Assembly (NCBI RefSeq): GCF_009914755.1
Contig: NC_060927.1
Strand: one strand, 5' to 3'
DNA length: 64,000 nucleotides
From: the human T2T-CHM13v2.0 reference genome, Homo sapiens
Each line of letters starts with the position of its first letter. Position 1 is the first letter of the stretch. Positions 12,899 through 27,381 of the stretch are shown here, in pieces. A model generated the notes under the pieces. That model did not search any database and was not told the DNA's origin. It saw only the letters and a program-made list of their open reading frames with translations. The translations under genes and the position numbers were made by a program.

Positions 12899-14815
12899 CT
12901 AGAGAAGCCACACAGAGCCACGCCTGGCCTTCAGGACCCCTGCTGGCTGCAGCCATTGCAGCCCAGAGAAGTCAGCCAGGGCCACATCTGGGAGGGCTCC
13001 AACTGAGATCTACTCCCAACCAGGCTTGACCTGGCCCCTTCCACACAGAGGCTCTGCCACCTGATGTCCCAGGAAGCCATGGGGGCACCGCACACTCACC
13101 CCCCCACACAGGCTCCTCCAGCCACCTGACATCCAAGCCAGAATCTAGGAGCCTCCCCAGTGCCTCCTGAGCCCCAGCCCATAAGTGGCTGGGGACGTGG
13201 TCTCAAGTTCTGCCCAACCACTAAGCAAGCTTTATTTTTAGCACCTGCCGGAGGCATACTTACTTCTCTGCCATGCCAACCTGACTGTGAGGCCACCCTC
13301 TGTCTCCCACTCCTCCTTCCAGCCCATCTCCCAGCAGCTACATGCAGGACCCAGCATGCCACCCACAGGCTTGACTGTCTCCGCAGCTCCCCGACAGGAT
13401 GGCGTGGGAAAGCTCCCTTCTGCCTGCTCCCCATTGTTTTGCTGCCATTTGACTGAGGCTGACACCCACAGCCCCCTCCCTACCTCCTGTGCTCATGGGC
13501 CCGGCCGTAGAGATGTGGAAACCCACCAATGCCCACTCCCCCAGCCCTGGCATGGGACCAACTCCCTGCTGTGGCTGGGCCCTGGGAGCCGCTTGGTCCC
13601 TGGTCAATTATCTCTCCCCAGCCTTGGCTCAGCCCACTGCCCCCTTCAGCTCCCTGACATGTTCCCAGCAGCAGGGGTTCAGCCCCAGGCCTCTGCTCTG
13701 ACCCCACAGCTGCCCCTGACTCTAAGCCAGTCCATTTTGCATGGGTAGAATCTGAGACCAGGAACATCTGAGCTCTCAGAGCCCAGCCCTGGCCGCTAAG
13801 CCCCATCGCTTCAGCTCGGCGATGTGGGGCAAAAGCCTGGGGATCTGATGCTCCTGTAGCCGAACTACGGGGAGTGAGGCCTGGCAAAGGCCAGGGCCGT
13901 TTGTGTGCTGGATGTGCATGTAAGTCTGTTCTTTGTGTGTGTGTGTGTGTGCGTGGCACTACTATCTCTCCAGGTGTGTGTTCAGGGGAACGCGTGTGCA
14001 TCCTCATGGCTGGCCAGAGTTGACAGGCACTATATCAAACAATGGGCATGGAAAAGTCAACACAGACCCCCCCCGCCCCTGACATTAACTGGAGTGGGCG
14101 GGGGGCCAGGGCATCAGTGGGGCCGGGGCATTCAGGAGGCTAGGGGTCCTGCACCGCTGGTGGAGGAAGCCCTTCGGTGCCACACAGCTGTTCCCCGTGC
14201 CGTGCATGACTGAGGAGACACCAGGTCAGAAGCTCTGTTTCTTTCTCCACATCTGTTTAGGAGGAAGTAGGTGTGCCTGAGGGTCTGCTTTTCCGTGGCT
14301 GGATCTTTCCAAAGGTGTGCAGGGTTTCTTTGAGCGCCCCATGCATGGGGTGACAAGGGGGCATGAGAGTTTGTGCTGTGGTCAGCTGAGGGCCACCCAG
14401 TGCAGAGGTCCCTGCCAGGGCCTCCACCCTTGGAGTACAGCATTAGCCGGCCCAGTGCAACCACAGTGAGTGCAGAAGCTCCTGGCTCCTTCCCTTGCTG
14501 CTCTCCCATGTGGAGGACTTGGCTAAACTCCTGCTGCACTGAGGCCAGTTTCTCCACCACTCCTCCAACTAGGCCTAACCCCGGTGGCCTGGGCCCTGCC
14601 CAGGGAAGGTTCTGTGTGCCCTTGCCTGGATGCTGCCTGGCTGTGGGAACAATTATCAGGCTTTAGCATCCCCCTTCTCTGCCTCAGTTTCCTCAGCTTT
14701 AAAGTGGCGCATGCTGGGAGGATAACATGAACTTCTGCATGCAAAACTGGGGGACAGAAAGCCAGGCAGCATGCACACAGCCAGTGGGGGTGGTGGCATC
14801 AGGGCAGGGACTTAC

Positions 14816-14941
14816 CCTCGGACTGGGATGGACCTCGTTGGCACCAACCTCTTCTGCAGGGGCAGCTGCACCGTGTTCGAGTCGTTTGTGACCTCCCAGG
14901 GCTGCAGGGGCTCAGGGTCGGGCTCTGTCAGCCACGACAAC
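14816..14941 (-). CDS. C3orf22: C3orf22 middle coding exon ([42 protein letters not shown])
   Basis: Acceptor ctgttgcag| and donor GG|GTAAG. 126 nt, phase 2-2, open. Not present in the ORF track; found by splice and frame inspection. Confidence 0.9.
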
Positions 14942-16120
14942 CTGCAACAGCACTTGGAATGTCAACATGGCCACCATCCACCAGCCTCCTGAAGTAACTC
15001 TCACTCATCTGGAACTTTCCATCTGCTAGGCACTGTTCTAAGTGCTTCACAAATATTAGCCCATATGTCAGCTGACAAGCATGCTGTGAGGCAGGTGTTA
15101 CCCACACTTTACAGACAAGGAAACTGAGGCACAGAGGTTCCACAGCCAGGAGGTGGGAACTAAGCTGCAGCCTGCTCCAGAGCCTTGTCATGGCCACAGC
15201 AGCCAAACGGTGCAGAGCACTTGAGCCCCTGGGTGCTGGCCTCCCCTGGTTTCAACCTGAGGCCACTCTGTGTGGTGTGTACCTGCCACCTGGGCCTCAT
15301 GTGATGGTGTCTGCGGTGGGGGACAGAATGGGGTGCAAGGTTATGGCTACAGTTTCCTGGGGCAAGGACAAGAACAGGTGCTCAGCTGGCCCGGCACAGG
15401 GACACAGCATGGAGCTCATCGTCCCCACCTCCCTCGAGCGTGGCTGCCCTGGTGGTCCCCCGTGGTCCCTGTGGGTAGCCCTGCCAAGCATCCAGGGCCA
15501 CTGCTGGGCGCACAACACTTGCTTCTGGGGTGGGGGGTGAGCATGGAGTGGGAAGCTTGAGGTTGCACGGTGCCAAGCTGAGCCCCAGTGCCAGGTGCTG
15601 CCTGCTGTCCTGCGGGTGGGAGGCCAGCTGCCCTGCGCCCCAGGCATTGCTGGCAAGATTTCCCTTGCATTTGTTTTGCCTCTTTGGCCCGTGGCTCTGT
15701 CCTTATGTGAAGTGCCCTGTGGAGACTTGGCCCAGGCCCCCTCGGGCTGCCCGTTATCCTGGCTAGTTGCGAGTCCCAGGAGCTCACAAACAATGGGTGC
15801 CCAGCACACCAATTCCAACACAGCTCAGGAGGGGCAGTCGTCTGTGGCCATGCTCCTCGCGTGACTTGGGCAAGCAGCTGGCCTGGGCTCTGGGATGACC
15901 CAGGGAGGCCTGAGCCCACCCAGAGGCCCCTCGGCTTAGGCTGTGATGGGGGTAACGAAGGCGGACCCCAGACTGTCAGCTGGGCAAGGGCTGCTAAGGG
16001 TCTCCCTGTGGACAAAACCCCCTCCCAGCTGCAGCCCCACAGAATGCATTTGAGTTCCCAGGATGCTGGGGTGACCTGGGGGAGGCAGGGCTTGTCTCCA
16101 GAGGTGTCAGCCTCCCGCAC

Positions 16121-16209
16121 CTGTACGGAAACTTCTTGGCAAAATTCTCCTGGGCCTGGATCCTCCACTTCTTACTCTGGTGAGACTTCTTGCAGGCACT
16201 GGAGTCCAT
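16121..16209 (-). CDS. C3orf22: C3orf22 first coding exon (MDSSACKKSHQSKKWRIQAQENFAKKFPY-R)
   Basis: ATG at 16209 and donor TACAG|GTGCGG after 16121. The acceptor cctcttgtcttccag places the exon start at 16249. 89 coding nt, phase 2. Confidence 0.9.
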
Positions 16210-16384
16210 CACTGAGTGGGTTAAGCTGAGGCACACCTCTCAGCCATGGCTGGAAGACAAGAGGAGGCGTCAGAGGGGGCAGGGGTGGTGGGGGGCAGAA
16301 GGCAGAGTGATGAGTACCCAGCAGGGCTGGGGGTGCCTGCGGGCCGCCAAATGACCTGCATCACTGCCCTGTGCATGCACCGCT

Positions 16385-16835
16385 GTGTTCAATTTTCTCC
16401 TGCGTGTAGCTTCCTGTGACCACCGTAATCAAGGTCCTCACCAGACGCTCTCCCCAAGGCTCTCTCACGCTTACCCCTCCACAGCCACGCCTGTCCACAG
16501 CCCGGTTCCCCAACCCTGGCAGCCACTGATCTGTCCTCATCATGGGGCAGCCATGTGATTTCAGGAGCGCTATGCGGAGGAACTGCACACGAGGTGTGTT
16601 TCTGAGACTGGCTCCTTCTCATCCATTTCTTCCAGATCAGCCCAAACTTCACCCACAGTCTGTCCCTCCTGCTGCTGAGCACTGTTCTAGGGTGCGGTTG
16701 TGCAGCTTCTCAGGCCTCCAGCTTGGGGCACTTACAAAGCCACTGTTAATATTCAGATGTAAGTTTTTGCATGAAAATAAGTCTTCATTTCTCTGAGATA
16801 TATTGCTGGGTCATATGGTAAGTCCATTTCTAGTT
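16385..16835 (-). mobile_element. Old L1M 3' fragment
   Basis: caaccctggcagccactgatctgtcctc and tattgctgggtcatatggtaagtccat are L1MC/ME-type 3' motifs. Confidence 0.6.
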
Positions 16836-17411
<576 letters not shown>

Positions 17412-17715
17412 TGAGCAGAGTTAGGTGAGCATTGAGACTACTGGAGGGTAAGGTCTGACCCCTGGTGTCCTTTGTGGCAGCATGTCACCTGTTCCTTCTC
17501 ACTGGTGTGTTTTCATGGTAGCCACCTCAGCCAGCATGCCACCACACGGGACCCTGAAGCATGTTGTGACAATGCCGACTGCCTGCCAGTTTCCCCAGGT
17601 GCCACATTTCATCCCCTGAGCTGACAAGTGAAGCCCTGGTCAGGGAGTGGGGCTGATTCCTGGTCTGGGGGGCTGGGTCCTTGTGGCCTAGCCAGGTGGT
17701 GGCCTTTCTCTGGGA

Positions 17716-17912
17716 CTAGCACCATCCAGTAGAACTTTCTGAGATGATGGAAATGCCCTAGGTCCGTGCTGTCCGAGACGGCAGCTGCTGGCTACATGAG
17801 GCTATCAGCTGAGCATGACTGAGGGACTGAATAGTTTTCAGTTGTATTTAATTCTAATAACTGTGAACGGCTAGCTGCTCATGGCTAGTGCCTGCTGCAT
17901 TGGACAGCACAG
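17716..17912 (+). mobile_element. MER3-like hAT-Charlie MITE
   Basis: ccagtagaactttctgagatgatggaaatg...attggacagcacag resembles the MER3 consensus and termini. Confidence 0.75.
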
Positions 17913-18256
17913 CTCTGGCCACTCGGAGGAAGTCTGCTGCTTCCCTGGGTGTGGTTCTAGCGACAAGCTTGGAGGCTGCACTTCACCAGAACCCTAGGCC
18001 TGAGTGTTTGGCTCCTGTCCTCTCTCAGGAAGGCCAGCCCTTTGGTCAAGGTGACCCCTGATGCGTGCTTCCCTGGCTGCTGGGGGTTCTCAACCAGCCA
18101 TGCTGTGCCGAAGCCCCGTGTTTATGACACTGAGGAGGCATCACCTGCCCATTCAGAGGAGAGATGAGCAGTCTTTGGGGGCCATCACCCTTTGAGGCCA
18201 GGACGGTACAGTCGCAGGAGACCTGACACAGTGCAGGCTAGACCCCGCTCCAGCAT

Positions 18257-18548
18257 GGAACTGGGCCGCACAGCAGGAGGTGGGTGGCAGGTGAGTGAGC
18301 ATTATCACCTGAGCTCCACCTCCTGTCAGATCAGCGGCAGCATTAGATTCTCATAGGAGCGCAGGCCCCATTATGAACTGAGCATGTGGGGAATCTAGGC
18401 TGCATGCTCCTTATGAGAATCTAGCTCATCCCTGATGATCTGAGGTGGAACAGTTTCATCCCCAAACCAGCCACCACTCCCTGCCACAGTGTCCATGGAA
18501 AAATTGTTTTCCATGAAACCGTGGTGCCAAAAAGGTTAGGGACCACTG
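18257..18548 (+). mobile_element. MER1B hAT-Charlie DNA transposon (5'-truncated)
   Basis: cctgagctccacctcctgtcagatcagcggcagcattagattctcataggagc...ggtgccaaaaaggttagggaccactg. Confidence 0.85.
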
Positions 18549-19459
18549 GACTAGAGCCACCCCCTGGCCTCAAAGACCCTCTAACACCCTTGCCAGCCAC
18601 CCCCTACCTTCCTGCTCCATAACCCTGCCCCTCCAGGGCTGTGCCAGCTTTGTCTCCGCAGGCTCCCCAGCCCCACTGCCCTCTGGGAGGTCCCTTGATG
18701 GACAGGGCCATGTAGTGTGCCTTGCAGGGGCAGGGGTGTGGCCCTGAGGAATGTCTGCCTCCTCCCACATCTGGTGGGCAACATCGGGACAGCCCAGCTC
18801 ACAGGCCTGCCAGCCCCTCCACACCACACCCTGTCCCATCCTACCTGGTGCTCCACTGAAAGCCCTCAGCCTAGAGGATTGTGCACTGCTTTGGTGGGGA
18901 TGCCCCAGAAGCAGGGAGCCTGCATGCCAGTGAGGACCTGGCTTCAGCCTGAGATTTGCAGCAGATGCTGTCAGGGGCCCATGCACAGCACCTCTGCCCT
19001 CACCTCCACACCTGGAGGCCAGGCCTTTGACTCCCTCCGGCTGCAGAGATGCACTAGGCCATGCACAGAGAGTGACAGCAGCCCCTCACCAATGAGGGCA
19101 GGGAATTGGATAAATACCCCAGCTCCCTTGCCCCTCTTTGGGGGCAGCTCGGAGCTGTGCTCTGCACAGTCACCCACAGCAGCCTGTGGGGGCTGGCTGA
19201 GCTGCAGCCATGGTGAGGACACACCCCAGAGTGCATCCTCCCTTCCCCTTCCCTCCCCACATCCCACTTTCCTCTCAGCGCCTCCTGGGTGCAGCTCCCA
19301 AGTGCAGCTCTGCACTTGCACCTGTCCAGGGCCTGCTTGGGGACTGCACATCTACACACTCATGCCCAGCAACCGCTGCAAACGCCCCAGCCTCAGAGGA
19401 CCCAGGCCAAGAAGGCGGCCGCTAAGCAGGTTTCCCACCTCGCCTCACTGACTGCCGTT

Positions 19460-19988
19460 CCCACACACACACACACTCACTCTCACAGACACACACACTC
19501 ATTCTCACACACACACTCACACAGACTGACCCCACACACAGACTCATACTCACAGACTCACACATACGCACACTCACACAGACTCACACACACAGACTCA
19601 CACACACTCAGGCTCACCCACACACACAGACTCACATACACACTCACACACACACAGACACCCCCCACACACAGACTCACATACACACACACACACAGAC
19701 ACACACACATGCTCAGACTCACACACATAGACACACACAGACACACACTCACACACTCATACACACAGACACACATAGATTCACATACACACACATACAG
19801 ACACATAGACACATACACACAGACCCACACACACAAACTCACATACACATACACAGATTCACATACACAGACTCACACATTCACACACAGATTCACACAC
19901 ACACAGATTCACACTCACACACAGACACATACAGACACTCTTACAGACTCACACTCAGACCTGACCTCATACACACCCCCACACACAG
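19460..19988 (+). repeat. Degenerate (CACAGA/CACT) low-complexity tract
   Basis: About 530 bp of acacacagactcac-type units in the presumed C3orf22 intron 1. Confidence 0.92.
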
Positions 19989-21418
19989 GCAGGTGGCCAT
20001 CTGGGTGTGGCTGGCCTCAGCTCTGTCCCTATCCTCTGCTGCGTGACCTGGGAGCTCCTCGCTTCCTTGGTCCAAGGCAGAGGCTGCCCCCACCAGCCCA
20101 TAACGCACCTTGCTTCCCTTCCCAATTCAAAGCAGCTGGCGTGGCCTACTACCACACCTGGCATGATTCAAAATCCGATGATGTCTGGAGAGGAGCCCCT
20201 GGGGAACACGGGTAGCCCTTCCCAAATCTGGGATTCCGGAGTCCTCCAAAAGCCGGTGGGCTCGGGCAAGACTGCTCGGCAGTGATCCCATAATGTGCCA
20301 TGCTGCTCATCCATCCCTCTGAGGGCGGGGTACTGGGCTAGCTGGGAGGCTGCCTGCCGCCAAGTGTGGAATCACTCAAGGCCCGAGGCGGGAGGCTGCA
20401 CACTGGACACTGAACACAGGCCACTGGGACCATGGCCATGGCATGGGAGACCAGCCTGTCTGTGAGCCAGAACACACCCGCTCACCCACCGCCTCCGTGC
20501 CCCATCTCTGACTCTGGAAGATCAGCCATCCAGAGGGCCTTTGCCCTGGCCCAGAAATACTGCCAGCCCTGCTCACGACCTGTCCCTTGCCCGCACCAAG
20601 AAGTCCCTGGGCCCTGAAGGGCAGGCTTCCCCACTGACTTGCCCACTAGTCTAGTACAGGGTGCAGCTCTCTACACCAGTGCTGGCTAAAGGGGGTCTTG
20701 GTGGCCTCCGCCCCTGCAGCCCTGGCTGTTCTGAGGACTCTGGGATGCCTTCGCTGGGCCTAAGCCCACAGTCCTGCAGCCACAGCCTGGGCCACAGCCA
20801 CAGCCTGGGTGAGTCACCTCCAGCCCAGGCTCAACCCTGAGGAGTGCGGGGCAGGGGAAGCCTGGGCCGGGACAGGCAGCAGGGCCACAGCAGGAGGCTG
20901 CAGAATGGTGCCTGTGGCCTCTAAGTGTCTGCTACATTCTATGCATAACCTCACTTCATTTTTTTTCTACCTGATGGAGAACGTATTATGCTCACCCCCA
21001 TAATTCAAGTGAGGAAACTGAGGCTCCGGAAAGTTAACTGATTTGCCTGCATTCACACAGTGAGTCGGGGAAGAGGTTCAGGATGGGTGGCCTGTGCTCC
21101 TCCTGCTGGGCCATGCAGCCTCAAACAGTCCTGAACCGGGGAAGCAGCATTACCACAGGAATTGAGGGATCAAGGGAGACAGGAGCGCCCCTCAGCCCCA
21201 CCCCATACCCTCCCACCTGACCCCTAGGTCATGGAGATGACCCTGTAAGCTGACTGCTGAATCTGCCCCACAGGGACAGGGCTGCTGCAGAGTCCAGGGC
21301 TGCCCTCTGCCATCATGACCCTGTCCCAGGCTCTTCTCCGCCACCCTGTTGCTGCTTCCCAAGTCCCTAACCGACTTGGGGACTGTCCTTTCCAGCCACA
21401 CAGGCTGCTAGCACTCAC

Positions 21419-21780
21419 CAGGCAGCTACCTTGAATTCTGGCAGTGACGATGATCAGGTGTGATCAGAGAGTCCTGGAACTGCTCCTATCCAGCAAGATG
21501 CTGGTGTGAGAGCCGCTGTGGCCCCCGAGGCGGGCAGGGCCCTGGCTACAGCCCTCTCTGGAAAGACCCAGTCCCAGGCTATGCCCAGAGCTTCCAGCCA
21601 GAAAGGACAAGCTGCAGGACCCTGTGGGCTGGCTTATGTGACGCCAGGCAGACTGAAGCTGGCCATGGTCCCAGCTGCCACATTACCACAGGAACAGCAG
21701 CCCCAGGGTCCCCGGACAGGCAGTGCCAACAAGCTCACTGCAAGGTCAGAAGCCCTTGAGGTCACAATTGGTGACATCAC
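21419..21780 (-). other. C3orf22: Probable non-coding first exon / promoter region of C3orf22
   Basis: Consensus donor TG|GTGAGT with exon end at 21419, in unique sequence just before the L1 block at 22.2 kb. The 5' limit is uncertain. Confidence 0.5.
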
Positions 21781-22094
21781 AGCTGCTGACCCATGAGGCT
21801 CAGACTCCAGCCTGAAGCCCCTCTGGCCCAGGGAGTGACTGCAAAGTCAGCAGCACATGGGCCAGGGCTGGCCAGCCTCTCAGCTCCACGCACCCAGACA
21901 GAAGCATCCACATCTGCACTCTTCATAGCAGAGACCTCTCCCTGTTCAGGTTCTGCATACAGAAGAGACGCCCAGAAATAGGTACAGACACTGAGGCTGC
22001 AGAAAAGCTGTTTCTGTGGAGGAGTGGACACCAGGTTGCAGGGGGTTGAGGAAGGAGAAGGCAGTGAAGGAGCTGAACTGGAAGTGGTTCAGCC

Positions 22095-22200
22095 GTTCAC
22101 CTGTGCCACTGTCTACTGTACCCTACGACTTTTCACTTATTAGTGCTGTTCACCTGTGCCACTGTCTGCTATACCCTACGGCTTTTTACTTATTAGTGCT
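22095..22200 (+). repeat. 53-bp tandem duplication (2 copies)
   Basis: gttcacctgtgccactgtct...acttattagtgct at 22095-22147 and 22148-22200, with a few mismatches. Confidence 0.92.
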
Positions 22201-23496
22201 AACAGGGTTTTTATGGATTATTTAGGGTTTTCTATATGCCATCTGTGAACAGAGGTAACTTCACTTCTTCCTTTCCAATTCGAATGCTTTATATTTCCTT
22301 TTCTTGCTTAGTTGCTCTGGCTAGAACTTCCAGTACTGTGTTAAATAGAACTGGGGAAGGTGGGCATCCTTGTCTCCTTCTTGATCTTAGAGAAAAAGTT
22401 TCCAGTTTTTCACTATACAGTATGGTGTTGGCTGTGGGATTTTTGGATATATTGCCTTTATCATGTTAAGGAGTTGAGTGTTTTTATCATGAAAGAGTGT
22501 TCAATTTTGTCAAGCGTGTTTTCCACATCAATTGAAATGATCATGTCTTTTCCTCCTCATTCTAATAATGTAGTGTAGTACATTGATATTTTCATTATGA
22601 AAAAATAATCCTTACATTCTAGGGATAAATATTACTTGTTAATAGTGTGTAACACTTTTAATATGCTGATGAATTTCATTTACTAATATTTCATTGAGGA
22701 TTTTTGCATGTGTATTCATAAGGGATATTGGCCCCTAGTTTTCCTTTCTTGTAGTGTCTTTGTCTGACTTTGGTATTAGGGCAATGCTGGCCTCACAGAA
22801 TGAGTTAGGAAATGGTCCCACCTCTTCAACTTTTAGAAAAACTTTGAAAAACATTTATGTATGTTCTTTAGTAAGTGTTTGTTAGAATTCACGAGTGATA
22901 TCATGTGGCCCAGGGCTTTTCTTCGTTACTGATTCAATCTCTTTACTAGTTATGAGTCTATTCATATTTTCTATTTCTCCCTGATTCAGTCTTGTTGGTT
23001 TTTTTTTTTTTTTGTTTCTAGAAATTTGTCCATTTTATCTAGGTTATCCAATTTGTTGGCGTGACATTTTTTGGCGTATTCTTTCATAATCCTTTTTATT
23101 TCTGTATGGTCAGTAGTAATACCTCCCACTTTCCTTTCTTATTTTACTAATTTGAGTCTTTTTCTTTCCTTAGTCAATCTAGCTAAAGCTTTGTTAATTT
23201 TGATCACTTCAAAAATCGCCTTTTGGTTTTGTTGATTTTCTCCATTGTTTTTCCATTCTCGACTTGATTTATCTTTAACCTTCATTATTACCTTACTTCT
23301 GCTAGCTCTGGATTTAGTCTGCTCTTCGTTTTCTAATTCCTTAAATTGTGTAGTTAGATCATTAATTTGGGATCCTTCTTATTTTTAAGATGTAGACATT
23401 AATAGCTACAAGTTTCCCTCTTAGCACTGCTTTCTCTGCATACCATAACATTTGGTATGTTGAGTTTTTCTTTTAATTCATATCAAGGCATTTTCT

Positions 23497-23839
<343 letters not shown>

Positions 23840-24102
23840 TAAATTCCCTTGTGGATTTATTCTTTGACCTACTGGTTGCATAAAGTGTGTTATTTAATAG
23901 GCAAATACTGTAATTTTTCCAGTTTTCCTTCTGTCATGGATTTCTAGTCATTCCGTTGTGATAAAAAATATACTTTGTATGACTTGAATCTTCTTAGGCT
24001 TATTAAGATTTATTTTATGGCCTAATATGTCCTGGAGAACATCCTATGTACATTTAAGAAGAATGTATATTTTGCTATTGTTGGGTTTAGTTTTCTATAT
24101 AA

Positions 24103-24442
<340 letters not shown>

Positions 24443-25994
24443 TCTATTTCTTTATTGATCTTCTTCTGTTTGGTTCTATCGATTATTGAAATTTGGGTAT
24501 TAAAATCTCCATCTATTACTGTAGAACTATTTCTTCCTTCAATTTTATCAATTTTTGCTTCATATTTTTGGGGGTTCTGTTGTTAGGTGCATATATGTTT
24601 ATGATAGCTATATATTTTGATGGATCAACCCTTTTATCAATGTTTAATGTTCTTTGTCTCTTGTAACCTTTTTGACTTAAAGTCTATTTTGTCTGACAAT
24701 AACATATCAATGCAAGCTCTCTTTTGGTTACTGCTTTAATGGAATATCTTCTTCCACCCTTTTACTTGCAATCTATATGAGTTTTGAATCTAAAGTGATT
24801 CTTTATAGACAGCACATATATGGGTCTTTTATATATTCTGCTAATCTTTGCCTACTAATTGGATAATTTAATCCACTTTCACTTAAAGTAATTACTGAGA
24901 AGAAAGAACTTACTTCTGCCATTTAGTATTTCTTTTCCTTATGTCTCATGTGTTTTTTGGTCCTCAATTTCACAATTACTGCCTAAGCTGTAAAGTTACT
25001 TGATTTTTGTAGCGTACTACTTTGAGTCTTTTCTTCAGTCTTTTTCAGTATAGTTTTTAGTTACTATCTTAGTGGTTTAACTTGGAGGTTACAATCAACA
25101 CCTTACACTTATAACCTCCTAGTATGAATAGCAACTTAGTTAAAATTATATATAAACACTCTACTCCTGTATCTCTTCATTCCTCCACTTTATATTGATT
25201 GTCACAAATTACATCTTTATACATTGTGCACCCATTAACATAAATTTGTAATTATTCCTTTATGCACTTAACTTTTAATTCCTAAGGTAAAAAAGGAATT
25301 ATATACTAAAATTACAGTCATACTGACTTTTATATTTAGCTATGTAACTACCATTACCAGTGTTCTTATTTTGTAGTATAGTTTCAAGTTTCTGTCTAGC
25401 ATATTTTCATTTCTGCTAAAACCCTCCCTTTTCCCTTTAGCATTTCTAATAGGGAAAGTCTACTGATAACAACCCCCCTTTTTTGCTTTTGTTATTTGGA
25501 AATGTCTGAAGTTTTCCTTCATTCTTAAAGTATCATTTTGCTAAATATAGAAATCTTGGTTGACACCTTATTTTTCTTTCAGGACTTTAAACATGGCATC
25601 CCTTTCCTGTGTAGCCTTCATGGTTTCTGATGAAAAATGAGCTGCTAATCTTATTGAGAATCCCTTGTACGTGATGAGTAGCTCCTCTCTTGCTGCTTTC
25701 AAGATTCTCCATTTGTCTTTGAGTATTGACAGTTTGACTATAATGTGTGTTGGCATGAACTGAGCTTTTTGAATGTGTATTATTATGTCTTTCATCAGAT
25801 TTGGGAAGTTTTCAGCCGTTGTTTCTTCAAATATTCTTTTATGTCCCTTTCTTTCCCTCTCTTCTCCTTCTGGGACTCTAATGCTGTGTATGTTATGCTT
25901 GATGGTGTCCCACAGGTATCTCAGCCTCTATTCACATTTTTCATATTTTTTCTTTATATTATTCAAACAATAATTTTTATTGCCTTATCTTCAA

Positions 25995-26432
25995 GTTATG
26001 GGTTGAATTGTGTCCCTCTGAAATTTATATGTTGAAATTCTAAACCCCAGCACCTCACCATATCACTTTTTTGGATATAAAATCATTGCAAATTAGTTAA
26101 GATGAGGTCACACTGGAGTAGGAATGGTCCCCTAATATAATATGACTCGTGTCCTTGTAAGAAGGGAAAATTTTGGATGTAGACACAAACTTAGGGAGAA
26201 TGCTGTTTAAAGATAAAGACAGAGAACTGCAAGCCACAGAATGCCAAATAATGCTAGCAAACCACCAGAAGGTAAGAGAGAAGGATGGAACAGGTTCTGT
26301 CTCACAGCTCTCAGAGGGAACCAACCCTGCCATTTTGGACATATAGCCTCCAGAACTGTGAACCAATAAATTTCTGCTGTTTAAGCTACTGAATGTGTTT
26401 GTGTTCATTATGGCAGTCCTAGCAAACTAATT
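25995..26432 (+). mobile_element. MaLR solo LTR (MLT1B/C-like)
   Basis: gttatgggttgaattgtgtccc...aataaatttctgctgtttaagc...tatggcagtcctagcaaactaat. Confidence 0.8.
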
Positions 26433-27381
26433 CTATGCTTTGTTTTTGGTTTTGTCTTACTGAGAACTGTACATTCTGAGTACTGTAATGTGGAAACTCT
26501 GGAAACCACATATTCCCACTCCTCAGGAATTATTTTTGTTTATTGAGGGTTGGAGCCACCTATTTGTGACTTCTTGAAAATTTTATAAAGTGTGTATTCA
26601 TTGTGGAGTGTGGTTGCTGGAGTTTGTTCTCTGTGGTCAGCCAGTGACTTGACAAAGATTTCCTTAAATGTCTGGCTCCCAAAAAGGGCAAAATAAAAAT
26701 AAAATATCTCTTCTTAAAAATTACTATTTCTCTAATTACTCTTGTGGCAGAGAAGCTGTTTCAGATTGTGGGAGTTGAAAGAATGACCAGCCTCTGAGCC
26801 ATCCCCCCAGCAACCAAATGCAGCCATCAGCAGTCAAACACACATCCTGGTTTGTGAAGGACAAGGTCCTTATTGCCCACTCTGGCACCAGCAGGTCACA
26901 CCATGAACATAAGCTGTCATCCCATGGCTGCCTGCCACACTGCTAGGGAATGGAGGATATTAGGCACTATTAGAAACATGGAAATTCACCAGCTTCTTCA
27001 TCAGGTTCTTCCATGGATGATGCAAGTTTTCAACTAGACTCCAGAGTTCCAAAATAGCTGCTTTGGAAACTTCCTGACAGCTCAATTGTTATCTCAGTGG
27101 AGGGATGGATTCCTGGCATGTCCTATGCCATCATTTCCCATAATGTCATTTCTGTTCATTCATTTTTATTGCTGAGTAAATTTCTTGGTATGAACGTGCC
27201 ATAGTTTGGTTAACTATTCACCTGTTAAAGGACATTTTGGTTGTTTCCAGGTTGAGGCTGTTATAAGTAAGGCTGCCACAAACATTCAGATACACACAGA
27301 AATGAACATAAGCCTTCATTTCTCTGGGATAAATGCCCACCCATTGGATTTTTAGTTTCTACCATCAAAATTGACATTTTT

